NCBI GenBank assembly: GCA_963662335.2
Contig: CAXXVD010000003.1
Location: 492,675-556,674, forward strand
Length of the DNA stretch: 64,000 nt
From: Chloroflexota bacterium
GTDB taxonomy: Bacteria > Chloroflexota > UBA11872 > VXOZ01
Reading direction: 5' to 3'
Below are positions 46,556 through 55,697 of this stretch, one piece after another (positions within the stretch are counted from its first letter, which is position 1; each line of letters starts with the position of its first letter). The notes beneath the pieces are model-generated. The model was not told where the DNA came from, searched no databases, and worked only from the letters and a program-made list of their open reading frames with translations. The translations under genes and the position numbers were made by a program.

Positions 46556-46799
46556 GTAGCGCGGGGGCTTGTCCCCCGCCACCTACGCGGGCGGTGAAGA
46601 TGGATTCCCGCGTTCGCGGGAATGACGGAAAAGAGGCACTACTCGTGCCGCGCAGGGCTTGTCCCCCGCCACCTACGCGGGCGGTGAAGATGGGTACCCG
46701 CTTTCTCGGGAATGACGGAACGCGGGCCTTACTGCCGTACCGCGAGGGCTTGTCCCTAATGTTGTCGCATTGAAGTAGCGCGGGGGCTTGTCCCCCGCC
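46556..46799. repeat. tandem array of composite C+B units (about 90 bp x 2, plus partial and terminal C copies)
   Basis: GTAGCGCGGGGGCTTGTCCCCCGCCACCTACGCGGGCGGTGAAGATGGATTCCCGCGTTCGCGGGAATGACGG is repeated with divergence from about 46645, followed by further C copies ending at 46799. Confidence 0.8.
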
Positions 46800-46817
46800 G
46801 CCGGTGGGCGCATCCCT

Positions 46818-47852
46818 TTACTCCGCCGGATGCAGCAGCATCTTGCCGAATTGCGCCCGCGCGGCCATGCGCCGGTGCGCCTCTTGCGCCTCCGCCAGCG
46901 GATAGACGGTATCGAGCACGGGATTCAGAATGCCGCGCGCGGCCAAATCAAGCACCTGTTGCAGATCCAGGCGGTTGCCGCCCATGCTGCCTAAGAGGCT
47001 CTGCTGGCGCGTGTAGAGATGGCCGATGTCCACTGTGCCCGCGCGGCCCGTGGTCGCGCCGCACGTGACCAGCCGCCCGTTGCGCGCCAAGGAGCGGATG
47101 CTCTGCTCCCAGGTGGCCGCGCCCACGTGCTCGAAGACCACGTCCACGCCGCGCCCGTTGGTGATGCGCTTCACCTCATCCGCCACGTTCGTTTCGCTGT
47201 AGTTGACCGTCTCTTCCGCGCCCAGTTCCCGCGCGCGCTCCAGCTTCTCCGTGCTGCCGGCGGTGGCAATCACGCGCCCGCCGAGAAAGCGCGCGATCTG
47301 CACGGCGTAAACGCCCACGCCGCTGCCGGCCGCCTGCACCAGCACCCATTCACCGGGTTCAACGCGCGTGCGCCGGTAGAGCATGTGCCAGGAGGTGATG
47401 GCGGCCAGGGTGAGCGCGGCCGCGTCATCATACGAGAGGGCGTCCGGCATGGGCACGGCAATCGCGGCCGGCGCCGCGACGTACTCGGCGTAGCCGCCCT
47501 GGTTGGGCGCCGTGCCGATGATGTGGCCGTTGGCGCAGATGCTCTCCTCGCCCGCCAAGCAGAACTCACACGCGCCGCAGAAAGCCCACGGCGAGACCGC
47601 TACCCGTTGGCCCACGGCCACGTTCCGCGCCGCCGCGCCGGCCTGCACGACCTCGCCGGCAATCTCCGAGCCGGGAATGTGCGGCGGCTCGATGCCGGGC
47701 CGCGCGCCCGTGCGCAGCCAGATGTCCAGGTGGTTGACGCCCGAGGCGTGGATTTTGACAAGAACCTCATTTGCGGCGGGCTCCGGCGCGGGCACGGTAT
47801 CGAGTTGCAGGGTTTCCGGGCCGCCGAAAGAATGAAAACGAACTGCGCGCAT
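46818..47852 (-). CDS. zinc-binding alcohol dehydrogenase / quinone oxidoreductase family (MDR)
   Basis: 344 aa. GVNHLD, PGSEIAGEV, Cys cluster CGACEFCLAGEESIC, Rossmann AAGSGVG. Confidence 0.85.
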   Translation of the reverse strand: MRAVRFHSFGGPETLQLDTVPAPEPAANEVLVKIHASGVNHLDIWLRTGARPGIEPPHIPGSEIAGEVVQAGAAARNVAVGQRVAVSPWAFCGACEFCLAGEESICANGHIIGTAPNQGGYAEYVAAPAAIAVPMPDALSYDDAAALTLAAITSWHMLYRRTRVEPGEWVLVQAAGSGVGVYAVQIARFLGGRVIATAGSTEKLERARELGAEETVNYSETNVADEVKRITNGRGVDVVFEHVGAATWEQSIRSLARNGRLVTCGATTGRAGTVDIGHLYTRQQSLLGSMGGNRLDLQQVLDLAARGILNPVLDTVYPLAEAQEAHRRMAARAQFGKMLLHPAE

Positions 47853-48034
47853 GGAATCTTCTCCTGAGGAGCAACGGTATTGCGTGTCTATTCGTGCAGA
47901 GTACGCGGTGGTGGATTGCTCATTTCCGCTTCGCGCTTATGGTACCGCGTGCGCGAGCGGTGCGCATCCCGCCCAACCATGAGTGTCACCATGTCCTTGC
48001 CCGGGCTGCATGAGCGAATGCAGTGTGCGCTTCG

Positions 48035-48333
48035 CCTCTTTCCGTTCATGCTTCGACAAGCTCAGCACGAACGGAAAGAGGCTTGGCGCGAATGGGAACG
48101 GCTCCAGCGCGAGTGGGCGGAAGTTCAGCACGAGCGGGCGGACGTTCAGCGCAAACGGCAGAAGTCCAGCACGAGTGGAGAGAAGCCCACAACGAGTGAC
48201 AAGAGGCCCAGCGCGAGCGGAAAAAAGTCTACAACGAATGACAAGAGGCCCAGCGCGAGCGGAAATGAGTCCGAGCACGAACGAAGAGATGCGTGTTAGC
48301 CGTTCGCCCTGAGCGCCGTCGAAGGGTGAACGG
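48035..48333. repeat. F-family hairpin (48035-48081) + 21-nt tandem array of 11 units (48061-48290) + F-family hairpin (48300-48333)
   Basis: Units mapped codon by codon. CAGC cores recur at 48105, 48126, 48147, 48167, 48188 (CACA variant), 48209, 48230 (TACA variant), 48251 and 48272 (GAGC variant). Confidence 0.85.
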
Positions 48334-48419
48334 CGGGCGGGCACAGCGGTGTGCTAGGCTTGCACGTGAGACTGACCGCAATTCGTCCCAGAACAGCAAT
48401 CGCGCGCACGGAATCGCAC

Positions 48420-49595
48420 ATGGCCGATGCCGTCACATTCAGCATCGAGGCAACGGACGGCGCGGCGCGCGCCGGCGCGTTGACCACGCCGCACGGTGTC
48501 GTCGCCACGCCCGCTTTCATGCCCGTGGCGACCCAGGCCAGCGTAAAGGCGCTCACGGCCGGTGAGGCGGGCGCGCTCGGCGCGGAGATGCTGCTGGCGA
48601 ACACCTACCACCTGATGCTGCGGCCGGGCGCGGACCTGATGCGCCAACTGGGCGGCCTGCACCAATTCATGCGCTGGCCGGGGCCGCTGCTCACCGATAG
48701 CGGCGGCTATCAAGTCTACAGCTTGGCGCACCGGGTGGACGTGACCGACCAGGCGGTGACCTTCCGCTCGCACCTGGACGGCAGCGCGCACGCGCTCAGC
48801 CCGGAGCGGGCGGTGGTCGTGCAGGAAGCCCTGGGCGCGGACATCATCATGGCGCTCGACCACCTCATTGCCCAGCCGGCCGACTACGCCGCGGATGAAG
48901 CGGCGTTGGCGCGCACGCTCCACTGGGCCGCCCGCTGCCGGGACGCCCACCGGCGCGGCGACCAGGCGCTCTTCGGCATCGTGCAAGGCGGCCTGCACCT
49001 GGACCTGCGGGAGCGCGCTATCCGCGAACTGGAGGAGATCGGCTTTCCCGGCTATGGGATTGGCGGCCTGAGCGTGGGCGAGTCGAAAGCCGATATGTAC
49101 GGGATGCTTGCCAAGCTGCACCCGCTCTTGCCGCAGGGCAAGCCCCGCTATCTGATGGGCGTCGGCGCGCCGGAAGACCTGCTGGAGGCGATTGGCGCCG
49201 GCGTGGACCTCTTCGACTGCGTCTTGCCCACGCGCCTCGCCCGCCACGGCGCGCTCTTTGCGCCTACCGGCCGCGTGAACATCCGCAAAGCCGCCTACCG
49301 CGCGCAGGAAACGCCCATTGACCCCGCGTGCGATTGCCCCGCCTGCACGCACTACAGCGCCGCCTACGTGCACCACCTCTGCCGCAGCGGTGAGTTGCTC
49401 TACCACCGCTTGGCCACGCTCCACAACCTGCGCTTCATCTTCCGCCTCCTGGAGCAGGCGCGCGCCGCCATCCGGCAGCAACGCTTCGGCGCGTTCAAGG
49501 ATGAATTTCTCGCACAATACACGCCCGCCGCCGAGGCCGTGCGCGTGGCACAGCGCCGCAAGTGGCAGGCGCGCCGCGCGGCGCAGAAATCCTAG
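48420..49595 (+). CDS. tgt: queuine tRNA-ribosyltransferase (tRNA-guanine transglycosylase)
   Basis: TPAFMPV, LTDSGGYQV, zinc site CDCPACTHYSAAYVHHL. Confidence 0.9.
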   Translation: MADAVTFSIEATDGAARAGALTTPHGVVATPAFMPVATQASVKALTAGEAGALGAEMLLANTYHLMLRPGADLMRQLGGLHQFMRWPGPLLTDSGGYQVYSLAHRVDVTDQAVTFRSHLDGSAHALSPERAVVVQEALGADIIMALDHLIAQPADYAADEAALARTLHWAARCRDAHRRGDQALFGIVQGGLHLDLRERAIRELEEIGFPGYGIGGLSVGESKADMYGMLAKLHPLLPQGKPRYLMGVGAPEDLLEAIGAGVDLFDCVLPTRLARHGALFAPTGRVNIRKAAYRAQETPIDPACDCPACTHYSAAYVHHLCRSGELLYHRLATLHNLRFIFRLLEQARAAIRQQRFGAFKDEFLAQYTPAAEAVRVAQRRKWQARRAAQKS

Positions 49596-49668
49596 ACACA
49601 GAAGTCCCAGACGTAGGACTCCAAGGCGCAGAATTGCCAGGCGCGAAAATCATGCGCGCACAGACATT

Positions 49669-49701
49669 CCCTCTCCTGGGGAGAGGGTTAGGGTGAGGGC
49701 G
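49669..49701. repeat. E-family repeat overlapping the gcvPB 3' end
   Basis: CCCTCTCCTGGGGAGAGGGTTAGGGTGAGGGCG. The last codons (..EPPSP) and the TAA stop of gcvPB lie inside it. Confidence 0.75.
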
Positions 49702-51145
49702 GTTCCCAGCGCAGGTTGGGACGCCGCGCGGCGGTGGTCTCGTCCAGGCGGCGCACGGGGGCGGAGACCGGGGCCTCTTTCAGCTTCTCCGGCGTCGTTT
49801 GCGCCTCTTCCGCGATTGCCAGGAGCGCGTCGATGAACTCATCAAGGGTATCCTTGTTCTCGGTTTCCGTCGGCTCGATCATCAGCGCTTCCGGCACGAT
49901 CAGCGGGAAGTAGACCGTTGACGGGTGGAAGCCGTAGTCGATCATGCGCTTGGCCACGTCCAGCGTGCGCACGCCCTCGGCCTTTTCTTTCAGTCCCGCA
50001 AAGACCACCTCGTGCATGCAGGTGCGGTCGTAGCGCAGGGCGTAGGCGTCGCGCAGGCGCTCTTTAAGGTAATTCCCGTTCAGGACGGCGTATTCGCCGG
50101 CGCGCTCGATACCCTCGCCGCCCAGGGTGCGGATGTAGGTGTAGGCGCGCACCTGATTGAGGAAGTTGCCGTAGAACGAGTGGATGCGGCCGATGCTGTC
50201 GGGACGGTCGTAGTCCCAAGCGTACGCGCCGTCTTCCTCGCGCACCAGCGGCACCGGCAGGTAGGGTTCCAGGGTTTCGTTCACGCAGGTCGCGCCCGCG
50301 CCGGGGCCGCCGCCGCCGTGGGGCGTGGTAAAGGTCTTGTGCAGGTTCAGGTGGAGCACGTCCAGCCCCAGGGCGGCCGGCTGCACCGCGCCCAGCAGCG
50401 CGTTCATGTTCGCGCCGTCGCAGTAGACCAGCGCGCCCACGTCGTGGGCCATGCGGCAGATCTCCACGATGTCCTGCTCGAAGAGGCCGAGCGTATTCGG
50501 CACGGTGAGCATCAGGCCCGCCACGTCCTCGTCCAGCAGCCCGGCCAGCGCGTCCATGTCCACCGTGCCCCGCGCGCTGGACGGCACCTCAATTGAGTCG
50601 TAGCCGCACATAGCGGCGGTGGCCGGATTGGTGCCGTGGGCGGAATCGGGAATGATCATCTTGCGGCGCGGATTGCCCTGCTTGACGTGGTGCGCCCGCA
50701 TCATTAGCACGCCGCAGAGTTCGCCGTGCGCGCCGGCCGCCGGTTGCAGCGAGCAGTTGGCGTAGCCGGTTATTTTCATAATTGCTTGGGAGAGATGGTA
50801 AATGAGTGAGAGCGCCCCCTGGATGGTGCTCTCCGGCTGGTGCGGATGGATGAACGAGAAGCCCGGCAGACCGGCGGTGGCGTCGTTCACCTTGGGGTTG
50901 TACTTCATGGTGCAGGAGCCGAGCGGGTAGAAGCCGTGCTCAATGCTGTAGTTGCGCTGGGAAAGGCGGGTGAAGTGGCGCACCACGTCGAGTTCCGACG
51001 CTTCCGGCAGCGGCAGGTCGTCGCGCCGCCAGTGCGCGGGCACGGCTTCTTCAAGCGCAACGTCCGGCACGTCGCTCTCCGGCAGCGAGTAGCCGCGGCG
51101 GCCGGGCGAACTGCGCTCGAAGATGAGGGGTTCGTCGAATTGCAT
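49688..51145 (-). CDS. gcvPB: glycine dehydrogenase (decarboxylating) subunit 2
   Basis: Start M258 of the long ORF (MQFDEPLIFE). PLP site LNLHKTF. 485 aa. Confidence 0.9.
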   Translation of the reverse strand: MQFDEPLIFERSSPGRRGYSLPESDVPDVALEEAVPAHWRRDDLPLPEASELDVVRHFTRLSQRNYSIEHGFYPLGSCTMKYNPKVNDATAGLPGFSFIHPHQPESTIQGALSLIYHLSQAIMKITGYANCSLQPAAGAHGELCGVLMMRAHHVKQGNPRRKMIIPDSAHGTNPATAAMCGYDSIEVPSSARGTVDMDALAGLLDEDVAGLMLTVPNTLGLFEQDIVEICRMAHDVGALVYCDGANMNALLGAVQPAALGLDVLHLNLHKTFTTPHGGGGPGAGATCVNETLEPYLPVPLVREEDGAYAWDYDRPDSIGRIHSFYGNFLNQVRAYTYIRTLGGEGIERAGEYAVLNGNYLKERLRDAYALRYDRTCMHEVVFAGLKEKAEGVRTLDVAKRMIDYGFHPSTVYFPLIVPEALMIEPTETENKDTLDEFIDALLAIAEEAQTTPEKLKEAPVSAPVRRLDETTAARRPNLRWEPPSP

Positions 51146-51231
51146 CTTTGCTCTTTCTGCTTGCTTCGGTGCAATGGCGCTCGTGTGATAGTAGTCATGC
51201 GGCCGGCGGTCTGTGCTGCCGCTATCGCTCT

Positions 51232-52590
51232 CTAGTTTGCGAATTCTCGCAGCGCCGCGACCAGGCGGTCGATGTCTTCTCGTGTATTGAGTTCCGTCAC
51301 GCAGACCAGCATGTGGCGGTCGAGTTCGGGCCGCACGTTGCCCAGGTCGTAGCCGCCCAGCACGCCATGTTCCAGCAGGTGCGCGTTCACGGCGTCCACC
51401 GGCGCGGGACAGCGCGCCACGAATTCCTTGATGTAGGGGCCGGGCGTGGAGACGGCAAAGCCGGGCAAGGCGTCGATCTGCGCCGCGGCGTAGTGGGACT
51501 TGGCGAGGCAAAGCTCGGCCTTCTTCCTCATCCCCGCCGGGCCGAGCCAACTGACGTTGATCGTGAACGCCAACGCCGCCAGCGCCTCGTTGGTGCAGAT
51601 GTTCGAGGTGGCTTTCTCGCGGCGGATGTGCTGCTCGCGGGCCTGGAGCGTCATCACGAAACCGCGCTTGCCCTCGATGTCTTTCGTCATGCCGGAGACG
51701 CGGCCGGGCATCTGGCGCAGGTATTTCTTGCGCGTTGCGTAGAGGCCGAGCCGCGGGCCGCCGAGACCGGGCGGCAGCGCCAGGCCGTGCCCCTCGCCGG
51801 TGACGACGTCGGCGCCGTATTCGCCCGGCGGCGTCAGAATGCCCAGCGAAACCGGATCGGCGCTCACCACCAGCAACGCGCCGTGAGCGTGGACGGTCTC
51901 CGCAAGTTCCTGGCACTCGTGCACCCAGCCGAAGAAATTCGGAACCTGCACGACCACGCAGGCGGTCTCGCCGTCGATGGCGGCGGCCACCGCGTCCCAG
52001 TTGTCGCGCAGCGCGCCGTCGTCAGCGATGGTGAAGGCCGGCACGCGCTCCAGGGTCACCTCGCGCCCCTCGGCGTAGGTCTCCAGCACGTCGAGCGTGG
52101 TCGGATTGAACGTATCCGGCGCGACGATCTTGGCGCGCTTGGTGACGCTGCACGCGGTGAGGGCGGCTTCCGCGGTGGCGGTGGCCTCGTCGTACATGCT
52201 GGCGTTCGCCACGTCCATGCCGGTGAGCAGGCAGACCATGCTCTGGAACTCGTACATGGCCTGCAAGGTGCCCTGGGAGAGTTCCGGCTGGTAGGGCGTA
52301 TAGCTGGTGAGAAATTCGCCCCGCAGGATGAGGGCGTTGACGATGCTGGGGATGAAGTGGTTGTAACAGCCCGCGCCGAGAAAACTGGGCAGGGACTGGA
52401 CGTTCTGGTTTTGTTGCGCCAGTTCGTTCAGGTGGCGAATGACCTCCGGCTCGGACAAGCCCGGCGGCAGGTCGAGTTGCGGATGGCGCACGTCCGCCGG
52501 AATGTCGTGGAAGAGGTCCGCCGCGCGCGCCACGCCAATGGCGCGCAGCATGGCTTCCCGGTCGGCGCTGCTGTGGGGTACGTAGTCCAT
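51232..52590 (-). CDS. gcvPA: glycine dehydrogenase (decarboxylating) subunit 1
   Basis: MDYVPHS..FLGAGCYNH..TSYTPYQPELSQG pattern. 452 aa. Confidence 0.9.
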   Translation of the reverse strand: MDYVPHSSADREAMLRAIGVARAADLFHDIPADVRHPQLDLPPGLSEPEVIRHLNELAQQNQNVQSLPSFLGAGCYNHFIPSIVNALILRGEFLTSYTPYQPELSQGTLQAMYEFQSMVCLLTGMDVANASMYDEATATAEAALTACSVTKRAKIVAPDTFNPTTLDVLETYAEGREVTLERVPAFTIADDGALRDNWDAVAAAIDGETACVVVQVPNFFGWVHECQELAETVHAHGALLVVSADPVSLGILTPPGEYGADVVTGEGHGLALPPGLGGPRLGLYATRKKYLRQMPGRVSGMTKDIEGKRGFVMTLQAREQHIRREKATSNICTNEALAALAFTINVSWLGPAGMRKKAELCLAKSHYAAAQIDALPGFAVSTPGPYIKEFVARCPAPVDAVNAHLLEHGVLGGYDLGNVRPELDRHMLVCVTELNTREDIDRLVAALREFAN

Positions 52591-52599
52591 GGCTTGTCC

Positions 52600-52995
52600 T
52601 TAGTGCGCGCCGGATTCGGCCAGCACGGCCGCGTAGCCGGCGGCGTCGAGCAGGGTGGGCCAGTCCGCGTCCAGGTTTGTGGGTCGGAGCTTGATCATCC
52701 AGCCGCCGGCGTAGGGCGCGTCGTTGACCAGTTCCGGGCTCTCTTCCAGTTCCTCGTTAATTGCCACGATTTCGCCGGCGATGGGAGAGTAGAGGTCGGA
52801 CGCGGTCTTCACCGACTCTACCACGCCAAACTCGCCCATCGCCTCCACGGTAGCGCCCGGCTGCGGCAGTTCCACGTAGACGATGTCGCCGAGTTCGCCT
52901 TGGGCGTAGTCGGTGATGCCGACCACGCAGAGGCCGTCCTCCAGGCGCGCCCACTCGTGCTCCTTGGTGTAGCGCAATTCTTCCGGTATGTTCAT
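52600..52995 (-). CDS. gcvH: glycine cleavage system H protein
   Basis: YTKEHEWARL and lipoyl-lysine motif VESVKTASD. Start at 52995 (MNIPEEL) or 53007. Confidence 0.9.
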   Translation of the reverse strand: MNIPEELRYTKEHEWARLEDGLCVVGITDYAQGELGDIVYVELPQPGATVEAMGEFGVVESVKTASDLYSPIAGEIVAINEELEESPELVNDAPYAGGWMIKLRPTNLDADWPTLLDAAGYAAVLAESGAH

Positions 52996-53025
52996 GTTTC
53001 TCTCCATAGGTTGGCGCGCTGCCGG

Positions 53026-54129
53026 TCAGCGCTCCCGTCGGTAGAACGGCAAGGGCACCACTCTGGCCGCGCGCAGGTCCGCGCGCACACGCACGTGCAC
53101 CGTCGCGCCGACCAACGCCGTGCCCGTTTCCACGTTCGCAATCGCAATCGCCTTTTGCAGCGTTGGACTGAAGGTGCCGCTCGTGACGACGCCGACTTCC
53201 TCGCCGTCCACGACGATGAGGCAGCCGTCGCGCGCGATGCCGCGGTCGATGAGTTCCAGGCCGACCAACTCCCGGTCGGGGCCCACACGCCGCTCCTGCA
53301 AGAGGGCCTCTTTGCCGATGAATTGGCGGTTGCGGAAACGCACGAACTTCTGCAAGCCCGCGTCGAACGGCGAGGTCGCGTCATCCAATTCGTGCCCGTA
53401 GAGCGGCAGCCCGGCTTCCAGCCGCAGCGTATCGCGGGCGCCGAGGCCGACGGGCTTGATGCCGTAGGGGTCGCCCGCCGCCAGCAACGCGGCCCAGGCG
53501 GCTTCCGCGTCCGCGGCCGGCACGAACAACTCGAAACCGTCCTCGCCGGTATAGCCGGTGCGGGTAATAGTAATTTCCTTGCCCAGAAAGGGCGCCTGCG
53601 CGCCGCGGTAGTAGCGCACGGCGGCCAGGTCGGCGGCGGTTCCCACCATTTCCTGCAGCAGCGTGGTTGCGGCGGGGCCTTGCACGGCCAAGAGGGCGAG
53701 TTCGCTATTCTTCACCGTAATGTCAAGCGACCAATGCTGGGTTGCGTTCTGGTGTTCCAGCCAGTCCACGATCTTGTCGGTATTGGAGGCGTTGACCACC
53801 AGCCGGTAATGGGTCGGCAGCCGGTAGACCAGCACGTCGTCCAGCACGCCGCCTTCGGGGCGGCACACCAGGCTATAGCGAATCTGATTCGGCTGAAGAT
53901 CCGTAACCCTGTTCGTCAGGATGCCGTCCAGGAAAGCGGGCACGCCCGCGCCGGCGAAGTCCAGGATGCCCATGTGGCTGATGTCGAAGAGGCCGACCGC
54001 GCCGCGCACGGCCCGGTGTTCGGCAATCACGCCCGCGTATTGCACCGGCATCTCCCAGCCCGCGAACGGCACCAGCCGCGCGCCGGCCGCGACGTGGGTG
54101 GCGTAGAGGGGGGTGCGCTTGAGTTGCAT
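53026..54129 (-). CDS. gcvT: glycine cleavage system aminomethyltransferase T
   Basis: TPLY..H...GA..V.FAGWEMPVQY, GLFDISHMG, TRTGYTGEDGFE. Confidence 0.9.
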   Translation of the reverse strand: MQLKRTPLYATHVAAGARLVPFAGWEMPVQYAGVIAEHRAVRGAVGLFDISHMGILDFAGAGVPAFLDGILTNRVTDLQPNQIRYSLVCRPEGGVLDDVLVYRLPTHYRLVVNASNTDKIVDWLEHQNATQHWSLDITVKNSELALLAVQGPAATTLLQEMVGTAADLAAVRYYRGAQAPFLGKEITITRTGYTGEDGFELFVPAADAEAAWAALLAAGDPYGIKPVGLGARDTLRLEAGLPLYGHELDDATSPFDAGLQKFVRFRNRQFIGKEALLQERRVGPDRELVGLELIDRGIARDGCLIVVDGEEVGVVTSGTFSPTLQKAIAIANVETGTALVGATVHVRVRADLRAARVVPLPFYRRER

Positions 54130-54302
54130 AGAATTCCTGCGCCTCGAGTGAAGAGACTACAACGCACTGGGCGTGCATTCGGTACGCCTATCTTACCCAG
54201 TTCCCGCGCCGCGTTCAACGTAGGGCGCGCGCCGCGCCGCGTGGGACGGAAAGCCGCCGCGGCCGCGTGTTACAATGGCGCGGAAGGGAAAGGAAACACC
54301 CC

Positions 54303-55697
54303 ATGCCCCGGCTGCTCCTGCTTGGCCTCGACCCGAGCGGCGCTTCCGCCGCGCCGGAAACCGCAACCGCTTTCTTGGAGAACTCGCTCCCGCCGTTGGC
54401 AGGCAATCCCGGCCATTCCCTGATCCGGGGCCTGTGCGGCGAGCGCGTGCTGCCGGCGAACGCGGCGCGCATCCAGGACACGCTCGACCGCCGGGAAGAC
54501 GCCGCCTACGTTAGCGTGGGGCATCCGCTCCTGGACGACGGCTGGGCGCGCGCGCTGCACGGCAAGGCCGTAGCAGCCGGCTGGGACGTGCGCTTGGCAG
54601 CGGCCCCCAGCCTGCTGGAGCGGGCCTACGCCGCCTTCCCCTTCGACGGCGCATCCCATACGGTGATGAGCGGCGGCGCGCCGCCGCCCGCGCGCACGGA
54701 CGCGGCCCTGCTGATCCTGGCCGCCAACCTGCCGCCGCGCGCGCTGCGCACGCTGGCCGCGCGCTATCCCGCGCGGCATCGGGTACACGCGCTCTCACTC
54801 GGTGGCGCGGCGGACGGGCAGGCGCGCGCGCTGCCGCTCCGCGAGGCGGCGGCGGCTCACCCGGACGCGCTGCTCGTGCCGCCGCTGGCCCCTCTGGAGC
54901 GGCTACGCGAACCGGAAACCCTGCGCTGGCTCATGGCCCGCCTGCGCGCGCCCGACGGCTGCCCCTGGGACCGGGAGCAGACCCACCAAACGCTCAGGAA
55001 GCACCTGCTGGAAGAGACCGCCGAGGTCATCGACGCCCTGGATGACGGCGACGTGGACGCGCTGCGGGAGGAACTTGGCGACCTGCTCTTGCAGGTCTAC
55101 TTCCAGGCGCAAGTCGCCGAGGAGCAGGGGGACTTCACGTTCGACGACGTGGTGGGCGGCATTAGCGAAAAGCTCGTGCGCCGCCACCCGCACGTCTTTG
55201 GCGGCAGCGCCGCGGGCACCGCCGCGCAAGCCCTGGCCAACTGGGAGCAAATCAAGCGGGAAGAATACGCCGCCCAGGGCAAGGAACGCCGCTCACTGCT
55301 GGACCGGGCGCCTCGCTCGCTCTCCGGCCTGGCAACGGCGCAGGCGATAGGCAAGACCGTGGCGAAAGTGGGATTTGATTGGCCCGACGCCCAGGGCGTC
55401 CTGGCCAAGCTGCGCGAAGAGATCGACGAACTCATCGCGGCCGAGACCGCAGAGGAACGCCTGGACGAACTCGGCGACGTGCTCTTCGTGCTCGCTCAGG
55501 TGGCGCGCTGGCTGGGCGTGGACGCGGAAGAGGCGGCGCGCGCAGCCAACGCCAAGTTCCGCCGCCGCTTTGGCTACATGGAAGAGGCCGCCCGCCACGC
55601 CGGCCGCGAACTCGGCGACTACTCGTTCGAAAAACTGGACTCCCTCTGGGAAGAGGCGAAACGCGCCACCAGCGCTCCCTGGGGATGCCCCCGCTAG
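54303..55697 (+). CDS. mazG: MazG-family NTP pyrophosphohydrolase with N-terminal degenerate methylase-like domain (YabN-like architecture)
   Basis: CPWDREQTHQTLRKHLLEETAEVIDA, EELGDLLLQV, RRHPHVFG, and a second MazG repeat EELGDVLFVL. The N-terminal ~200 aa are unassigned/methylase-like. Confidence 0.8.
   Translation: MPRLLLLGLDPSGASAAPETATAFLENSLPPLAGNPGHSLIRGLCGERVLPANAARIQDTLDRREDAAYVSVGHPLLDDGWARALHGKAVAAGWDVRLAAAPSLLERAYAAFPFDGASHTVMSGGAPPPARTDAALLILAANLPPRALRTLAARYPARHRVHALSLGGAADGQARALPLREAAAAHPDALLVPPLAPLERLREPETLRWLMARLRAPDGCPWDREQTHQTLRKHLLEETAEVIDALDDGDVDALREELGDLLLQVYFQAQVAEEQGDFTFDDVVGGISEKLVRRHPHVFGGSAAGTAAQALANWEQIKREEYAAQGKERRSLLDRAPRSLSGLATAQAIGKTVAKVGFDWPDAQGVLAKLREEIDELIAAETAEERLDELGDVLFVLAQVARWLGVDAEEAARAANAKFRRRFGYMEEAARHAGRELGDYSFEKLDSLWEEAKRATSAPWGCPR

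Noticed and set aside
48061-48290. CRISPR array
   Set aside because: The units are contiguous 21-nt repeats with no unique spacers, and no cas genes are in the window. It is a tandem repeat, not a CRISPR array.
47880-48344. ORFs 47880-48299, 47983-48312 (+) and 47937-48344 (-) as repeat-containing proteins
   Set aside because: Three overlapping frames are open only because of the periodic repeat. There are no RBSs, and the translations are low-complexity peptides derived from the repeats.
54130-54302. Possible glycine riboswitch in the gcvT leader
   Set aside because: Only fragments resemble the consensus (ACCGAA, CTCTTCA..AGG). The conserved GGAGAG and GAAGGGGCAA-type cores and a convincing P1 pairing are missing. 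A covariance-model scan (Rfam glycine model) would be decisive. I would expect no significant hit, but it is worth running.
51148-54423. 1091-aa ORF on the plus strand, the longest in the track
   Set aside because: It is antisense to gcvPA, gcvH and gcvT, which carry unmistakable motifs. Its translation is Arg/Ala/Gly/Val-rich low complexity, typical of open antisense frames in high-GC DNA.
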